Below are positions 1 through 8,761 of a DNA stretch of 64,000 bases, piece after piece. Numbering within the stretch: position 1 is the stretch's first letter; the number at the start of each line of letters is the position of its first letter. Source of the DNA: an uncultured Sphaerobacteraceae bacterium (GTDB taxonomy: Bacteria > Chloroflexota > Chloroflexia > Thermomicrobiales > UBA6265); assembly GCA_964610045.1 (NCBI GenBank), contig CAZSUN010000008.1:5236-69235 (forward strand), written 5' to 3'. The notes beneath the pieces are model-generated. The model did not search any database. It saw nothing but the letters and a program-made list of their open reading frames with translations, and had not been told where the DNA came from. The translations under genes were made by a program, and so were the position numbers.

Positions 1-772
1 CCGAACCGTTCACCGGCTGGACAACGGTTGGCACGGAATGCAGGACGGGTTGGGTGGTGTCGAACGTGCTGGTATCGGTACTCGCGGCCTGGTGCATTGC
101 CTGCTCCCTTCGAGCCTGGCACGGAAATCCGTGCGTACGCCGGTTCTCGACCAGGATCGTGCGATCCGGCATCGAACCGAAGGGGCGAGAGGCGATGTTT
201 CCCGCGGTACCACCCTTCTTGCGCGGACGAGGACCGCCACCTGGCGGAGTCCACGCATCTCTCGGCTGTTGTTGCCCTGGGAGCCACCCATCCGGACCTA
301 CTTGCGCGCGTGCGCTTTCTTCGGCCGGCCGCTCGAGGACGCGTTCGGAACCGCTTCGCCATTCCCGGGCTCTCACCATCTCCGGGTCGCTCAGGCGTGC
401 CTGGCTCGTACTTCTCCCTGTCGCTGCGGGGATTTTCGTTGCTGATTGTGGATCGGATTTCAGCGCTAACGGGCGGCCGTTAGCGCGTCGTACGCCGACA
501 ACGCGCAGGCCGCCTCGAGGGAGAGCGGGAAAGCAACTCCATCTCGATGCCGTGATGCTGGTCCATCACCAAATGACCTCCGCGATCGACGAATCCGGTT
601 CTTGAGACGCTGAACGGGCGTCCAGGAGACACCCCACCCCAAACTCACCGACATCTTGTCGTGAGCGCACAATCAAGATAGTGCACGGGGTACGACCGTG
701 TCAACGCGAAACCCATCAACACATCGGCAATGATCGGGCTGGAATCCAGGAGACCAGCCCGATCGTTGGCGG

Positions 773-3700
773 CTACACGGCGGAGATGAACTCGCTGACG
801 ATGTAGCCGGTCCCGACCGTGGCGCTGGTCGCCCGGTACCACGAGTACCCCCCGGCTGATGTCGGCCCGCTGACGATCGTCAGGCGATGTCCCTGCGGCA
901 GGGACGCGATGATCGTGGCGGAGGTCGATGCGCTCGCTCGCAAGCGGACGTTTGGATCGGTCGTCTGGACGATCGCGCCCGCGGGATACGTGCCGGGCGG
1001 CGTGGAACCATCATCGTCTCCAAGTCCGTCCTCGATGCACCATCCGGTTGAGCCGCCCGATGTCCGGATTTGCCACCAGGTGTAGCCATTGGCGATCGTT
1101 GGTCCACCGAGGATTGTGCCGGTGGCGCCGACATTCAGGATGGTGACGACCGAAGCCGAGGTACCGGCCGCTGAACGCAGGTTGATGCGCTCGGTGACCC
1201 GGACAGCGTCGCCGACCTCGAACACTTCGGTTGGAGGAGGCGTGGTGGTTCGCTCGACCAGCCAATCCTGCACGGCCCAACCGGTGCCCTGGGAGGTTTG
1301 GATTTGCCACCAAGTGTAGCCGCTGCCGGCGCTGGGCCCAGCCAGCACGGTGCCGACAACACCAGGTTGCAGGATCGCCACGATACTGCCACTGGTGCTC
1401 GCGCTGGAACGCAGGTTCAACCGCTCGGAAACCTGAACGGCATCCCCGATGTCGAACTTCCCGGTGGGTGGCGGGGTCGTCGTGGTTTCCTCGAGCCAGT
1501 CCTGGACGGCCCAGCCCGTTCCCTGCGAGGTCTGGATCCGGTACCAGGTGTACCCGCTCCCGGTGCTCGGTCCGGCGATAACCGAACCGGTCACTCCGGG
1601 CTGGAGCACGGCGATCACCGATCCACTGGTATTCGCCGCCGACCGCAGGTTGAGGCGTTCTGACACGCGAATTGAGTCGCCGACCTCGAACTTGCCCGTT
1701 GGCGGAGGGGTGGTCGTGGTTTCGACCAGCCAGTCCTGGACCGCCCAGCCAGTGGTGCCGCCGCTGGTCCGGATTTGCCACCAGGTGTAGCCGTTGGCAG
1801 TACGTGGTCCAGCCAGCACCGTCGCGGTTGTGCCTGCGGGCATCGACAGGACAACAGAGCCTGAGGTCGACGGCGCCGAACGCAGGTTCATCCGCTCGGT
1901 CACCCGAATGGAATCGCCAACCTCGAACTTCCCGGCCGGTGGCGGGGTTGTTTCCCGGAGATAGTTTTCGACGATCCAACCGCCACCGTACGGAGCGCCG
2001 TACGCGCCGTACCAGACGTAGCCATTGACGGCTACCGGAGCCACGGTCACCTCGAAGGTCGCCCCGGATGGAGCGCTGGCGGTCACTCCCTGGGCGAGTC
2101 CCGGCCTGGCCCGGACATTCACGGACTGGGTCGTGACCACATAGTCGCCGATGGCAAACGCGGCGGCCGGCGAATCATCGAACGGAACCGGCTCGATCAG
2201 ACTGCTGGCAACCCAACCATCGGCCACGTCCATGACGCGAACCTGGTACCAGTCAAGCCCGTCGCCCTCCAGTGGTCCCATCATCACGTACGCCAGGGAA
2301 TTGGCGGGAACCGATGCGACCACCGCGGCGCTCGTAGTGGGTCCTCGCCGGAGATTGCCGGTCGAGGTAAAGCGGATATTGAGACCGAACGGATACCCGG
2401 TGCCGTCTCCCGGGAATGGCGGCGGGTCCACGATCAGGAAGGCAGCCGATACCCAACCGGTGGGACCGGAGTCGATCGGATCGATCTGATACCAGTTGGC
2501 GCCACCAGTCGTGGTCGGGCCGTCGGTGACCCAGGCGAGGTCACCATTGGCGATGCTGCCGGTCACTGTTCCGTTGGCCGAACTCCGGATGTTCAGTGCG
2601 CCGCCGGTGTCCGTTTGCACGCGCACGCGATCGCCAGGAGCGATCCCGGCCGGTGCGCCGGTTTCGAGAACGCCGGTGTCGAGGGTCTGGGCAGCAAGTT
2701 GGCGAATGGAGGGCAGTTCGTTCCAGAGCATATTGCCGGGACAGGAGGTGCCGTTGACATCCCGGTGCGACGAAATCGTTGGCAGTTCGGGAGCCTCGTG
2801 GAAGTCGGATCCACCGGTGAGATCGAGATCTCGCCCCACCCAGGCAGAGATGGAGACCAGTGCGGACTTCGCCGCTTCGGGGAGCGACGTCGACATGAAA
2901 TTGCCGATCACCGAAATGCCTGAACTGCCAACCGCATACTGGAAGGCATGACCGCCGATGACATCCTGGCCGCCGTATCTCCCCTGGTAGATCCGACCGT
3001 TGTGGTCGACCAGGTAGTTGTAGCCAATGTCGCCCCATTCCTGCTCGACGGCATGGTAGTAGTAAATGGACCGGATGGCTCCGGGCACATCGACCGGTCG
3101 GTTCGCGGTGGCCGTATGGTGGACGATGATGTGACTGACGGTTTCGTATTCGGGCGGCCAAATCTCGCCGAAGCTGGCAAAACGCCAGGTCTCGTTCGCG
3201 CCCCACTGGGCACGGGTGACGATCTCCGGCGGCGCGAGCGTATCGTCGTTCAACGTAAAGGCCGAGATGGCTGGTTGCGGGACGCTCGACAGGTCGTCTT
3301 CCCACGGGCCATCAGTGGGATCGATATACAGGAATGACAGACCGCTGACCGTGCCGGGAACTCCGGCGATGTCGGTGGTCTGGAACCGGACGAACGACTC
3401 GCCCGACGTGAAGATCAGCGCCGTGAACAACCGGTCGTCGCGGGTCGGTTGCCCGCCATCCTCGGTCTGCGCTGCCATCTGCACCGTGTCTGACCAGGTG
3501 ACACCATCCTCGCTCACCTGCACCTGGATCACCGGCCATTCGCCCACCGTGCCGTCCCAACTGGCGCCGAGCGCCCAGAATGGGTAGGCCGCCTCGAACG
3601 TCGCCCATTCGCCGGAGGCTGCGGTCGCCAGGGTTTCGCTGTCGGGAACGAACCGCTCAGCTCGCGTGCCACCGGATTCCTGTGCGGCCGCGATCCTCGC

Positions 3701-3955
3701 TGGGCCGGGCGCGACGCCAATGCCGGATGCTGCCAGCGCCGCCACACCAGCCGCGGCCCGGAGGACGATGCGCCGGTTCGCCCGAACGGTCTCGAGACCG
3801 GAAGCGGAATTGGTGGCCGTATGGTCGTTGCCACGACCTTTTGTCGCTATCCTCCGCATGTCCAGCCTGTCCCCCTCATCGAGTAAATGAGCCACTGGCA
3901 TGGCTACGTGCCCGGAACCATCCTTCCGGTCACGAATAAACGAATGCCGGCTCAC
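773..3955 (-). CDS. Secreted N-acetylmuramoyl-L-alanine amidase (Amidase_2/PGRP type) with about 8 C-terminal SH3b-like domains
   Basis: 1060-aa ORF. Amidase_2 blocks: HIIVHHTA, YYYHAVEQEWGDIGYNYLVDHNGRIYQGRYGG, SHRDVNGTSCPG. A Tat-like signal (ANRRIVLRAAAGVAALAA) suggests the real start is the internal ATG at 3859 (or 3901) rather than 3955. The C-terminal half consists of repeated units of the form G-D-x-V-x-V...LNLRS...SG...GYTW(W/Y)xI...GW. Confidence 0.85.
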   Translation of the reverse strand: MSRHSFIRDRKDGSGHVAMPVAHLLDEGDRLDMRRIATKGRGNDHTATNSASGLETVRANRRIVLRAAAGVAALAASGIGVAPGPARIAAAQESGGTRAERFVPDSETLATAASGEWATFEAAYPFWALGASWDGTVGEWPVIQVQVSEDGVTWSDTVQMAAQTEDGGQPTRDDRLFTALIFTSGESFVRFQTTDIAGVPGTVSGLSFLYIDPTDGPWEDDLSSVPQPAISAFTLNDDTLAPPEIVTRAQWGANETWRFASFGEIWPPEYETVSHIIVHHTATANRPVDVPGAIRSIYYYHAVEQEWGDIGYNYLVDHNGRIYQGRYGGQDVIGGHAFQYAVGSSGISVIGNFMSTSLPEAAKSALVSISAWVGRDLDLTGGSDFHEAPELPTISSHRDVNGTSCPGNMLWNELPSIRQLAAQTLDTGVLETGAPAGIAPGDRVRVQTDTGGALNIRSSANGTVTGSIANGDLAWVTDGPTTTGGANWYQIDPIDSGPTGWVSAAFLIVDPPPFPGDGTGYPFGLNIRFTSTGNLRRGPTTSAAVVASVPANSLAYVMMGPLEGDGLDWYQVRVMDVADGWVASSLIEPVPFDDSPAAAFAIGDYVVTTQSVNVRARPGLAQGVTASAPSGATFEVTVAPVAVNGYVWYGAYGAPYGGGWIVENYLRETTPPPAGKFEVGDSIRVTERMNLRSAPSTSGSVVLSMPAGTTATVLAGPRTANGYTWWQIRTSGGTTGWAVQDWLVETTTTPPPTGKFEVGDSIRVSERLNLRSAANTSGSVIAVLQPGVTGSVIAGPSTGSGYTWYRIQTSQGTGWAVQDWLEETTTTPPPTGKFDIGDAVQVSERLNLRSSASTSGSIVAILQPGVVGTVLAGPSAGSGYTWWQIQTSQGTGWAVQDWLVERTTTPPPTEVFEVGDAVRVTERINLRSAAGTSASVVTILNVGATGTILGGPTIANGYTWWQIRTSGGSTGWCIEDGLGDDDGSTPPGTYPAGAIVQTTDPNVRLRASASTSATIIASLPQGHRLTIVSGPTSAGGYSWYRATSATVGTGYIVSEFISAV
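1016..1951 (-). repeat. Four tandem 234-bp (78-aa) coding repeats, each one SH3b-like domain plus a TTTPPPTGKF linker
   Basis: Protein units TTPPPAGKFEVGDSIRV...WAVQDWLVE occur four times back to back. Boundaries were computed from the ORF frame. The DNA copies are similar but clearly not identical. Confidence 0.85.
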
Positions 3956-4080
3956 ATCGGGACGATTCTACAACAGCCCCCCACCAGAAGCGCTTCCCGA
4001 TCGGTCACCTGCTGCGGTGTGATGCAGGCACTCGCCAGGCCGGACGATCCCGGGTGGAGCAGCACTCATGGCCAACCAGA

Positions 4081-4113
4081 CAAGGCCAGCCGCGTGATAC
4101 GCGGCTGGCCTTG
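4081..4113 (-). terminator. Perfect 14-bp GC-rich hairpin just downstream of the first VanW gene (candidate terminator, no U-tract)
   Basis: caaggccagccgcg / tgata / cgcggctggccttg. It lies 18 nt after the stop codon at 4132. The following sequence is not U-rich. Confidence 0.45.
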
Positions 4114-4131
4114 TACGAGCGGGAATTGCTG

Positions 4132-5973
4132 CTACTTGAAGGTCGTGGCGAAATCCCGATCGGCGACGACATTGCCATCGGCATCGTAGATAACGCGGGT
4201 AAACCCGGTGCTTTTGTTGTTGATACCCCACTTCGTGATATCGACAGACCGCCCGGTATCGGTGCCGTAGATATTCACGTACAGACGGTAATTGTCCGTG
4301 TATGCCTGGATGTACAACCAACCGTCCGTGAAATTCTCGAAGGTGAAATCGGCCCAGCCGTCAGGATCACTGCCGATCTGGAGGATGGAGGCGTCAAAAC
4401 CCGGCCCCCAGCCATCGCGCTCGTAATTGGTCAACCGGTAGGTGTGTGCGTGCCATTCCCCGATCGGCATACCAGACAGCAAGGCAGCCCGGAACACCGT
4501 GGTCGAGACCTGGCAAACACCACCGCCGATTCCGCGTCCGATCTGCTCGGCCACGACGACGGCCGCTTCCTGATAGCCCTTGTCGGCGGTGATTTCGCCA
4601 ATCGCATCGTTGAACGAGAACTCCGCGCCCGGCCGGACCAGCGTGCCATTGAGCAGGCTGGCGGCAACCCGGATGTTTTCGTCGCGCTCCCAGGAGCCTC
4701 CCGCGAAGTTGGAGTCGCCGCTGGCGAGGAAGTTCGTAATACCCAGCGCCGCGAGGTTCGATGAGTCGATGTCCGGATGCACGACCACGGTTGGGACCTT
4801 GACTTCTTCCTTCCCGTTGAGGAAGCCGTCAGCCACGACCTGCGCGAACGCGCCGCCGTTGACGGTCACCCCATCAACGCTCTGGCTCACCGCCACCAGC
4901 CCGACAGCGTTGTCCCAGACGACCCGGGCGTTCACCGGTTCCCGGTTGATTTCACTGGCGTACAACTCGCGAAGCGCGCTGGCGAGGGTAGACGTCTCGA
5001 AGCCGAGTTGCACGGACGGCTGTCCATCGACCGTCACGTTTTCGACGGTCAGGTATGGAACGAGCGCCAAACCGTCCACCCGCCAGGTCCGATTTTCGAA
5101 CGTGACCCGCATCGAGCGGTTCATTTGCTCGTCCACGGTCGCGATGACCGGCGCGAGATCGGCTGCCGTGACATCGGGAGCGGCTACTTCGGTGGGGAGG
5201 TCCTGGCTCACCGGCGCCAGCGTCCGCAGTGTCTCCGTGATCACCGCCGTCGCCGCCGCCCGGTCCACCTGCACCCCCGGTTCCTCCGGCGACACCGTCA
5301 CCGTCGTCCCCTCCACCACCACCGCCGCGTTCACCGCCGGCTGCCCCAGCGCCGCATCCACTTCATCGAACCACGCGTCCAGCACGTCCGCGTTCAACTC
5401 CGTCCGCAACGGCACCACCTGGTCGTGCTGCAGCAACTCCCGTGCCGCCCCCAGCCGCGTCGCCGCGTCCCCCGTCCGCCCCAGGGTCTCCGCTTCCGCC
5501 AGCGAACCCGCCAGGTCCACCGTCACCCCCAGCTCGCTCAATGTCGGCGTCCACGTCTGGCCCCCGTACCGGAACTCCACCGTCCCCGCTTCCAGTTCGC
5601 CCGCCCGTGCCGCCAGTTCCTGTTCGGCGGCCGCCACCGTCAGCCCGCCGACCGGCACGTCCCCCACGATCACCGCCGGGTAGATCCGCCCGTCGTACAC
5701 CGCCCGGAACACGAACATCCCCACCGCCAACACCAGCACCACCCCGGCGAGGCCGAGAGCGATTGCCGGGATGAAAGCCAGTGCCTTTTGCCGGCGCGTA
5801 CGCGGTTGGCTCGACCGGGTCGTGACCGGTGTGTAGGGCTGGTCGACGGACGGGAGCACGCTCTGGCGCAAGTTGCCGAACATCCCCAAAACGCGCTGCC
5901 TGGCGTTTTCGAAGGTGCCGGCTGCGGTCTCCGTCACAGCGGGAAGGTGCTGCGTGGGGGTGGTTTGGGCCAT
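4132..5973 (-). CDS. VanW-domain protein (YoaR-like), N-terminal membrane anchor
   Basis: VanW core GGGVCQVSTTVFRAALLSGMPIGEWHAHTYRLTNYERDGWGPGFDASI. TM segment ALAFIPAIALGLAGVVLVLAVGMFVF. The likely start is ATG at 5973 (MAQTTPTQ); the ORF maximum is 6030. Confidence 0.85.
   Translation of the reverse strand: MAQTTPTQHLPAVTETAAGTFENARQRVLGMFGNLRQSVLPSVDQPYTPVTTRSSQPRTRRQKALAFIPAIALGLAGVVLVLAVGMFVFRAVYDGRIYPAVIVGDVPVGGLTVAAAEQELAARAGELEAGTVEFRYGGQTWTPTLSELGVTVDLAGSLAEAETLGRTGDAATRLGAARELLQHDQVVPLRTELNADVLDAWFDEVDAALGQPAVNAAVVVEGTTVTVSPEEPGVQVDRAAATAVITETLRTLAPVSQDLPTEVAAPDVTAADLAPVIATVDEQMNRSMRVTFENRTWRVDGLALVPYLTVENVTVDGQPSVQLGFETSTLASALRELYASEINREPVNARVVWDNAVGLVAVSQSVDGVTVNGGAFAQVVADGFLNGKEEVKVPTVVVHPDIDSSNLAALGITNFLASGDSNFAGGSWERDENIRVAASLLNGTLVRPGAEFSFNDAIGEITADKGYQEAAVVVAEQIGRGIGGGVCQVSTTVFRAALLSGMPIGEWHAHTYRLTNYERDGWGPGFDASILQIGSDPDGWADFTFENFTDGWLYIQAYTDNYRLYVNIYGTDTGRSVDITKWGINNKSTGFTRVIYDADGNVVADRDFATTFK
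5183..5750. repeat. Copy 1 of a 568-bp tract identical to 7404..7971
   Basis: Read base by base at both ends and at several internal lines with a constant offset of 2221 nt. It encodes the TM end plus 189 identical residues of both VanW proteins. Confidence 0.9.
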
Positions 5974-6232
5974 GCGTGAAGCTCTCGATTCAAAACTTGC
6001 CCGGAAAGGATACCCCGAGCGCGAATGCATTGCCGCACAAAGCCAACCAGCCAGATTGGCGGGATCAGGAACTGGCCTGTGGGAACGGTATCTGGCGGGG
6101 CGCCTTACCGGCTGTCATCCGTCGCCGGCGCGGAGGATCTGGACATCGAATCCTTGATCAGTTTGTCACAGGTTGGGACCGGTCGCAACTGACCCGGAAT
6201 CACTGCCCCAGCCGGATCAAGTCACCCCTGGC

Positions 6233-8182
6233 CTACCCCGTTCCCACCTCGTAGACGTTGCCCCTGCCCTGGAAATACGAATAGAACTGCCGCTCGCCCA
6301 CGACTTCGCCGTTGGCGTCGTAGATCATCCGCACGAAGGATGTTTCCAGGCCCGCCATCGGCCATTCCGTTTGGCGCCGCTGACCGGCTGGGAGATCGGA
6401 TGTGTACACCACCACATCTTCGTTGTTGGTAATTGGATCGCTCTGCCAGTGATTCACGATATCGACGGTGTTTCCGGTTTCCGGCCCGTAAATGTTCACG
6501 ATCACGTAAGGCCAATCGGTCCAGGCTTCCACCAGCAGCCAGCCGTCGGTGAAGTTGGTGAAGGTCAGGTCTCCCCAGTATGCCGGATTGTCACCGGATT
6601 GCAGGATCGATGCATCGAATCCCGGTCCCCAGCCGTCGCGCTCGTATCCCTTCAACCGGTACGTGTGCGGGTTCCACTCCCCGATCGGCATGCCGGCCAA
6701 GAGCGCGGCCCGGAACACCGTGGTCGAAACCTGGCAAATGCCTCCGCCGTAATCCGTGCCGACCCGCTCGGCAACCACCACGGATGCTTCCACGTAGCCT
6801 TTCTCGGGCGTAATGGTGCCGATCGCTTCGTTGAACGAGAACTCCGCACCTGGCCGGACGAGCGTCCCGTTCAGGAGACTCACGCCGACGTTGATATTCT
6901 CGTCACGCTGCCAGCTGCCTCCATCGTAGTTGGAATCGCCACGGCCGAGCCGCGTCTCGATCTTGAGGGCAGCGAGGTTCTGGTCGTCGATTTCGGGACG
7001 TACTTCAACCACGGGAATGGTGACCTCGGTTTCACCGCCGAGGAAGGCCGCCTCCACCCGCTCCGCGAACTCACCCGCCTTGAGCGTGATCCCGGTCTGA
7101 CTTGGATCGAGCGCGATCAATCCGTTCTCGGTGCTCCAGGCCACGCGGGCGTCGATCGGATCCCGGTTGATTTCTTCGCTGAACTGGGTGCGCAAATCCG
7201 CCGCGAGAGAGTCGGTGTCCATCGTCAGCTGCGCCTGCGGCTGGCCATCGACCAGCACGGTCTCGGCTGTGACGTACCCGGCCAATGAATCCGCACTGAC
7301 CCTCCAGGAACGCCCCTCGAAGATAACGCGCAGGTTGGCGCCAAGGATGCTGCTGACGTAGGCCTGCGCCTCGACGAGGTCGGTGGCAAGGATCGCCGGC
7401 ACCGCTACTTCGGTGGGGAGGTCCTGGCTCACCGGCGCCAGCGTCCGCAGTGTCTCCGTGATCACCGCCGTCGCCGCCGCCCGGTCCACCTGCACCCCCG
7501 GTTCCTCCGGCGACACCGTCACCGTCGTCCCCTCCACCACCACCGCCGCGTTCACCGCCGGCTGCCCCAGCGCCGCATCCACTTCATCGAACCACGCGTC
7601 CAGCACGTCCGCGTTCAACTCCGTCCGCAACGGCACCACCTGGTCGTGCTGCAGCAACTCCCGTGCCGCCCCCAGCCGCGTCGCCGCGTCCCCCGTCCGC
7701 CCCAGGGTCTCCGCTTCCGCCAGCGAACCCGCCAGGTCCACCGTCACCCCCAGCTCGCTCAATGTCGGCGTCCACGTCTGGCCCCCGTACCGGAACTCCA
7801 CCGTCCCCGCTTCCAGTTCGCCCGCCCGTGCCGCCAGTTCCTGTTCGGCGGCCGCCACCGTCAGCCCGCCGACCGGCACGTCCCCCACGATCACCGCCGG
7901 GTAGATCCGCCCGTCGTACACCGCCCGGAACACGAACATCCCCACCGCCAACACCAGCACCACCCCGGCGACAGCCATCGCCAGGGTTGGCCACAGTCTC
8001 GCCAGGCGGTGGGGAATACCGGGTGCCTGTTGAGTGGTCCTGCCTTCACCGGAATCGCTGGATGGCAGGACAGATGTCCACAGCCGTTCTGGGAGGGATC
8101 CAGGCCAGGAAGTCCCCCGCGATCCGGCCTCCGATCGCGATGTGACAGGCGCTGTTTCGTTCAGCGGTAGATTGTGCGCCAT
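6233..8182 (-). CDS. VanW-domain protein, tandem paralog
   Basis: VanW core GGGICQVSTTVFRAALLAGMPIGEWNPHTYRLKGYERDGWGPGFDASI. The likely start is ATG at 8182 (MAHNLPLNE); the ORF maximum is 8245. The C-terminal two-thirds is only roughly half identical to the neighbouring paralog. Confidence 0.85.
   Translation of the reverse strand: MAHNLPLNETAPVTSRSEAGSRGTSWPGSLPERLWTSVLPSSDSGEGRTTQQAPGIPHRLARLWPTLAMAVAGVVLVLAVGMFVFRAVYDGRIYPAVIVGDVPVGGLTVAAAEQELAARAGELEAGTVEFRYGGQTWTPTLSELGVTVDLAGSLAEAETLGRTGDAATRLGAARELLQHDQVVPLRTELNADVLDAWFDEVDAALGQPAVNAAVVVEGTTVTVSPEEPGVQVDRAAATAVITETLRTLAPVSQDLPTEVAVPAILATDLVEAQAYVSSILGANLRVIFEGRSWRVSADSLAGYVTAETVLVDGQPQAQLTMDTDSLAADLRTQFSEEINRDPIDARVAWSTENGLIALDPSQTGITLKAGEFAERVEAAFLGGETEVTIPVVEVRPEIDDQNLAALKIETRLGRGDSNYDGGSWQRDENINVGVSLLNGTLVRPGAEFSFNEAIGTITPEKGYVEASVVVAERVGTDYGGGICQVSTTVFRAALLAGMPIGEWNPHTYRLKGYERDGWGPGFDASILQSGDNPAYWGDLTFTNFTDGWLLVEAWTDWPYVIVNIYGPETGNTVDIVNHWQSDPITNNEDVVVYTSDLPAGQRRQTEWPMAGLETSFVRMIYDANGEVVGERQFYSYFQGRGNVYEVGTG
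7404..7971. repeat. Copy 2 of the 568-bp identical tract
   Basis: See 5183..5750. Confidence 0.9.
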
Positions 8183-8428
8183 TCGCTCGTTGCTCTCGTG
8201 ATCGAAGCCAACCCGCATGCATACGAAAACCGACGAATCAACCACAAGGTGGTCGACCGATTTTCCATGCCTACAGTGTACCTGCGAACCAATCAGCCTG
8301 CACCACGTAATGCTCGCCTCGTTGCCACATCAAAAGAACCCTTGATCGGGCGATTGGTGGCGAGTCGTTCACCAGCGCGATGCTGCCCTCAAACCTGGTC
8401 TACGCCGCGCCATTCCACCCGGATGCAT

Positions 8429-8439
8429 GCGACATCGCC
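8429..8439. promoter_or_regulatory. Direct-repeat box GCGACATCGCC (copy 1 of 3)
   Basis: The exact 10-mer GCGACATCGC is present three times within 300 bp of the VanW / two-component-system divergent spacer. Confidence 0.35.
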
Positions 8440-8593
8440 GAAAGACACAGTTTCGTGATACTCCTGTCGTACTTCCACGGCATCCGGAATCTATCCTGCA
8501 ATTGTCGTCGATGGCGACCCGGAGAAAGCGGGAACAGCCAACCGCCCGGATCGGCCAGGACGTCATGAGGATCCCCCATCCTTCCCCTCCCCC

Positions 8594-8646
8594 AAGGAAG
8601 GCCGCAGGTGCAAAGGTGCCTGCGGCCTCTCCTTCCTTAAACGACC
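8594..8646 (-). repeat. REP-like hairpin element with AAACGACC tail (variant of family A)
   Basis: ggccgcagg / tgcaaaggtg / cctgcggcc, flanked by aaggaa...ttcctt and followed by ttaaacgacc. The tail matches the copies at 52722 and 63656. Confidence 0.5.
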
Positions 8647-8657
8647 ATGACGGGATC

Positions 8658-8668
8658 GCGACATCGCC
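8658..8668. promoter_or_regulatory. Direct-repeat box GCGACATCGCC (copy 2 of 3), positioned where a -35 would lie relative to TACAAT at 8689..8694
   Basis: Exact repeat. A TACAAT hexamer lies 20 nt downstream. Confidence 0.35.
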
Positions 8669-8719
8669 GGAGGAATGGACCAGGTAGGTACAATGGCTTG
8701 AGCAAGGTGCAGGATGGCC

Positions 8720-8730
8720 GCGACATCGCG
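8720..8730. promoter_or_regulatory. Direct-repeat box GCGACATCGCG (copy 3 of 3)
   Basis: Exact 10-mer repeat, 32 nt upstream of the response-regulator ATG. Confidence 0.35.
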
Positions 8731-8761
8731 ACCCCGGCATCGTTGGGGGATCTCGAGGACC

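Noticed and set aside
54-605. 183-aa plus-strand ORF, plus the overlapping ORFs 28..483 and 38..445
   Set aside because: Three overlapping plus-strand frames and two minus-strand frames are all open here. The translations are Arg/Pro/Gly-rich without motifs. None can be preferred, so no CDS is called.
1016-1951. Regularly spaced repeats that could suggest a CRISPR-like array
   Set aside because: The period is 234 bp with no short repeat/unique-spacer structure. The units are in-frame SH3b domains of the amidase. No CRISPR array or cas gene was seen anywhere in the window.
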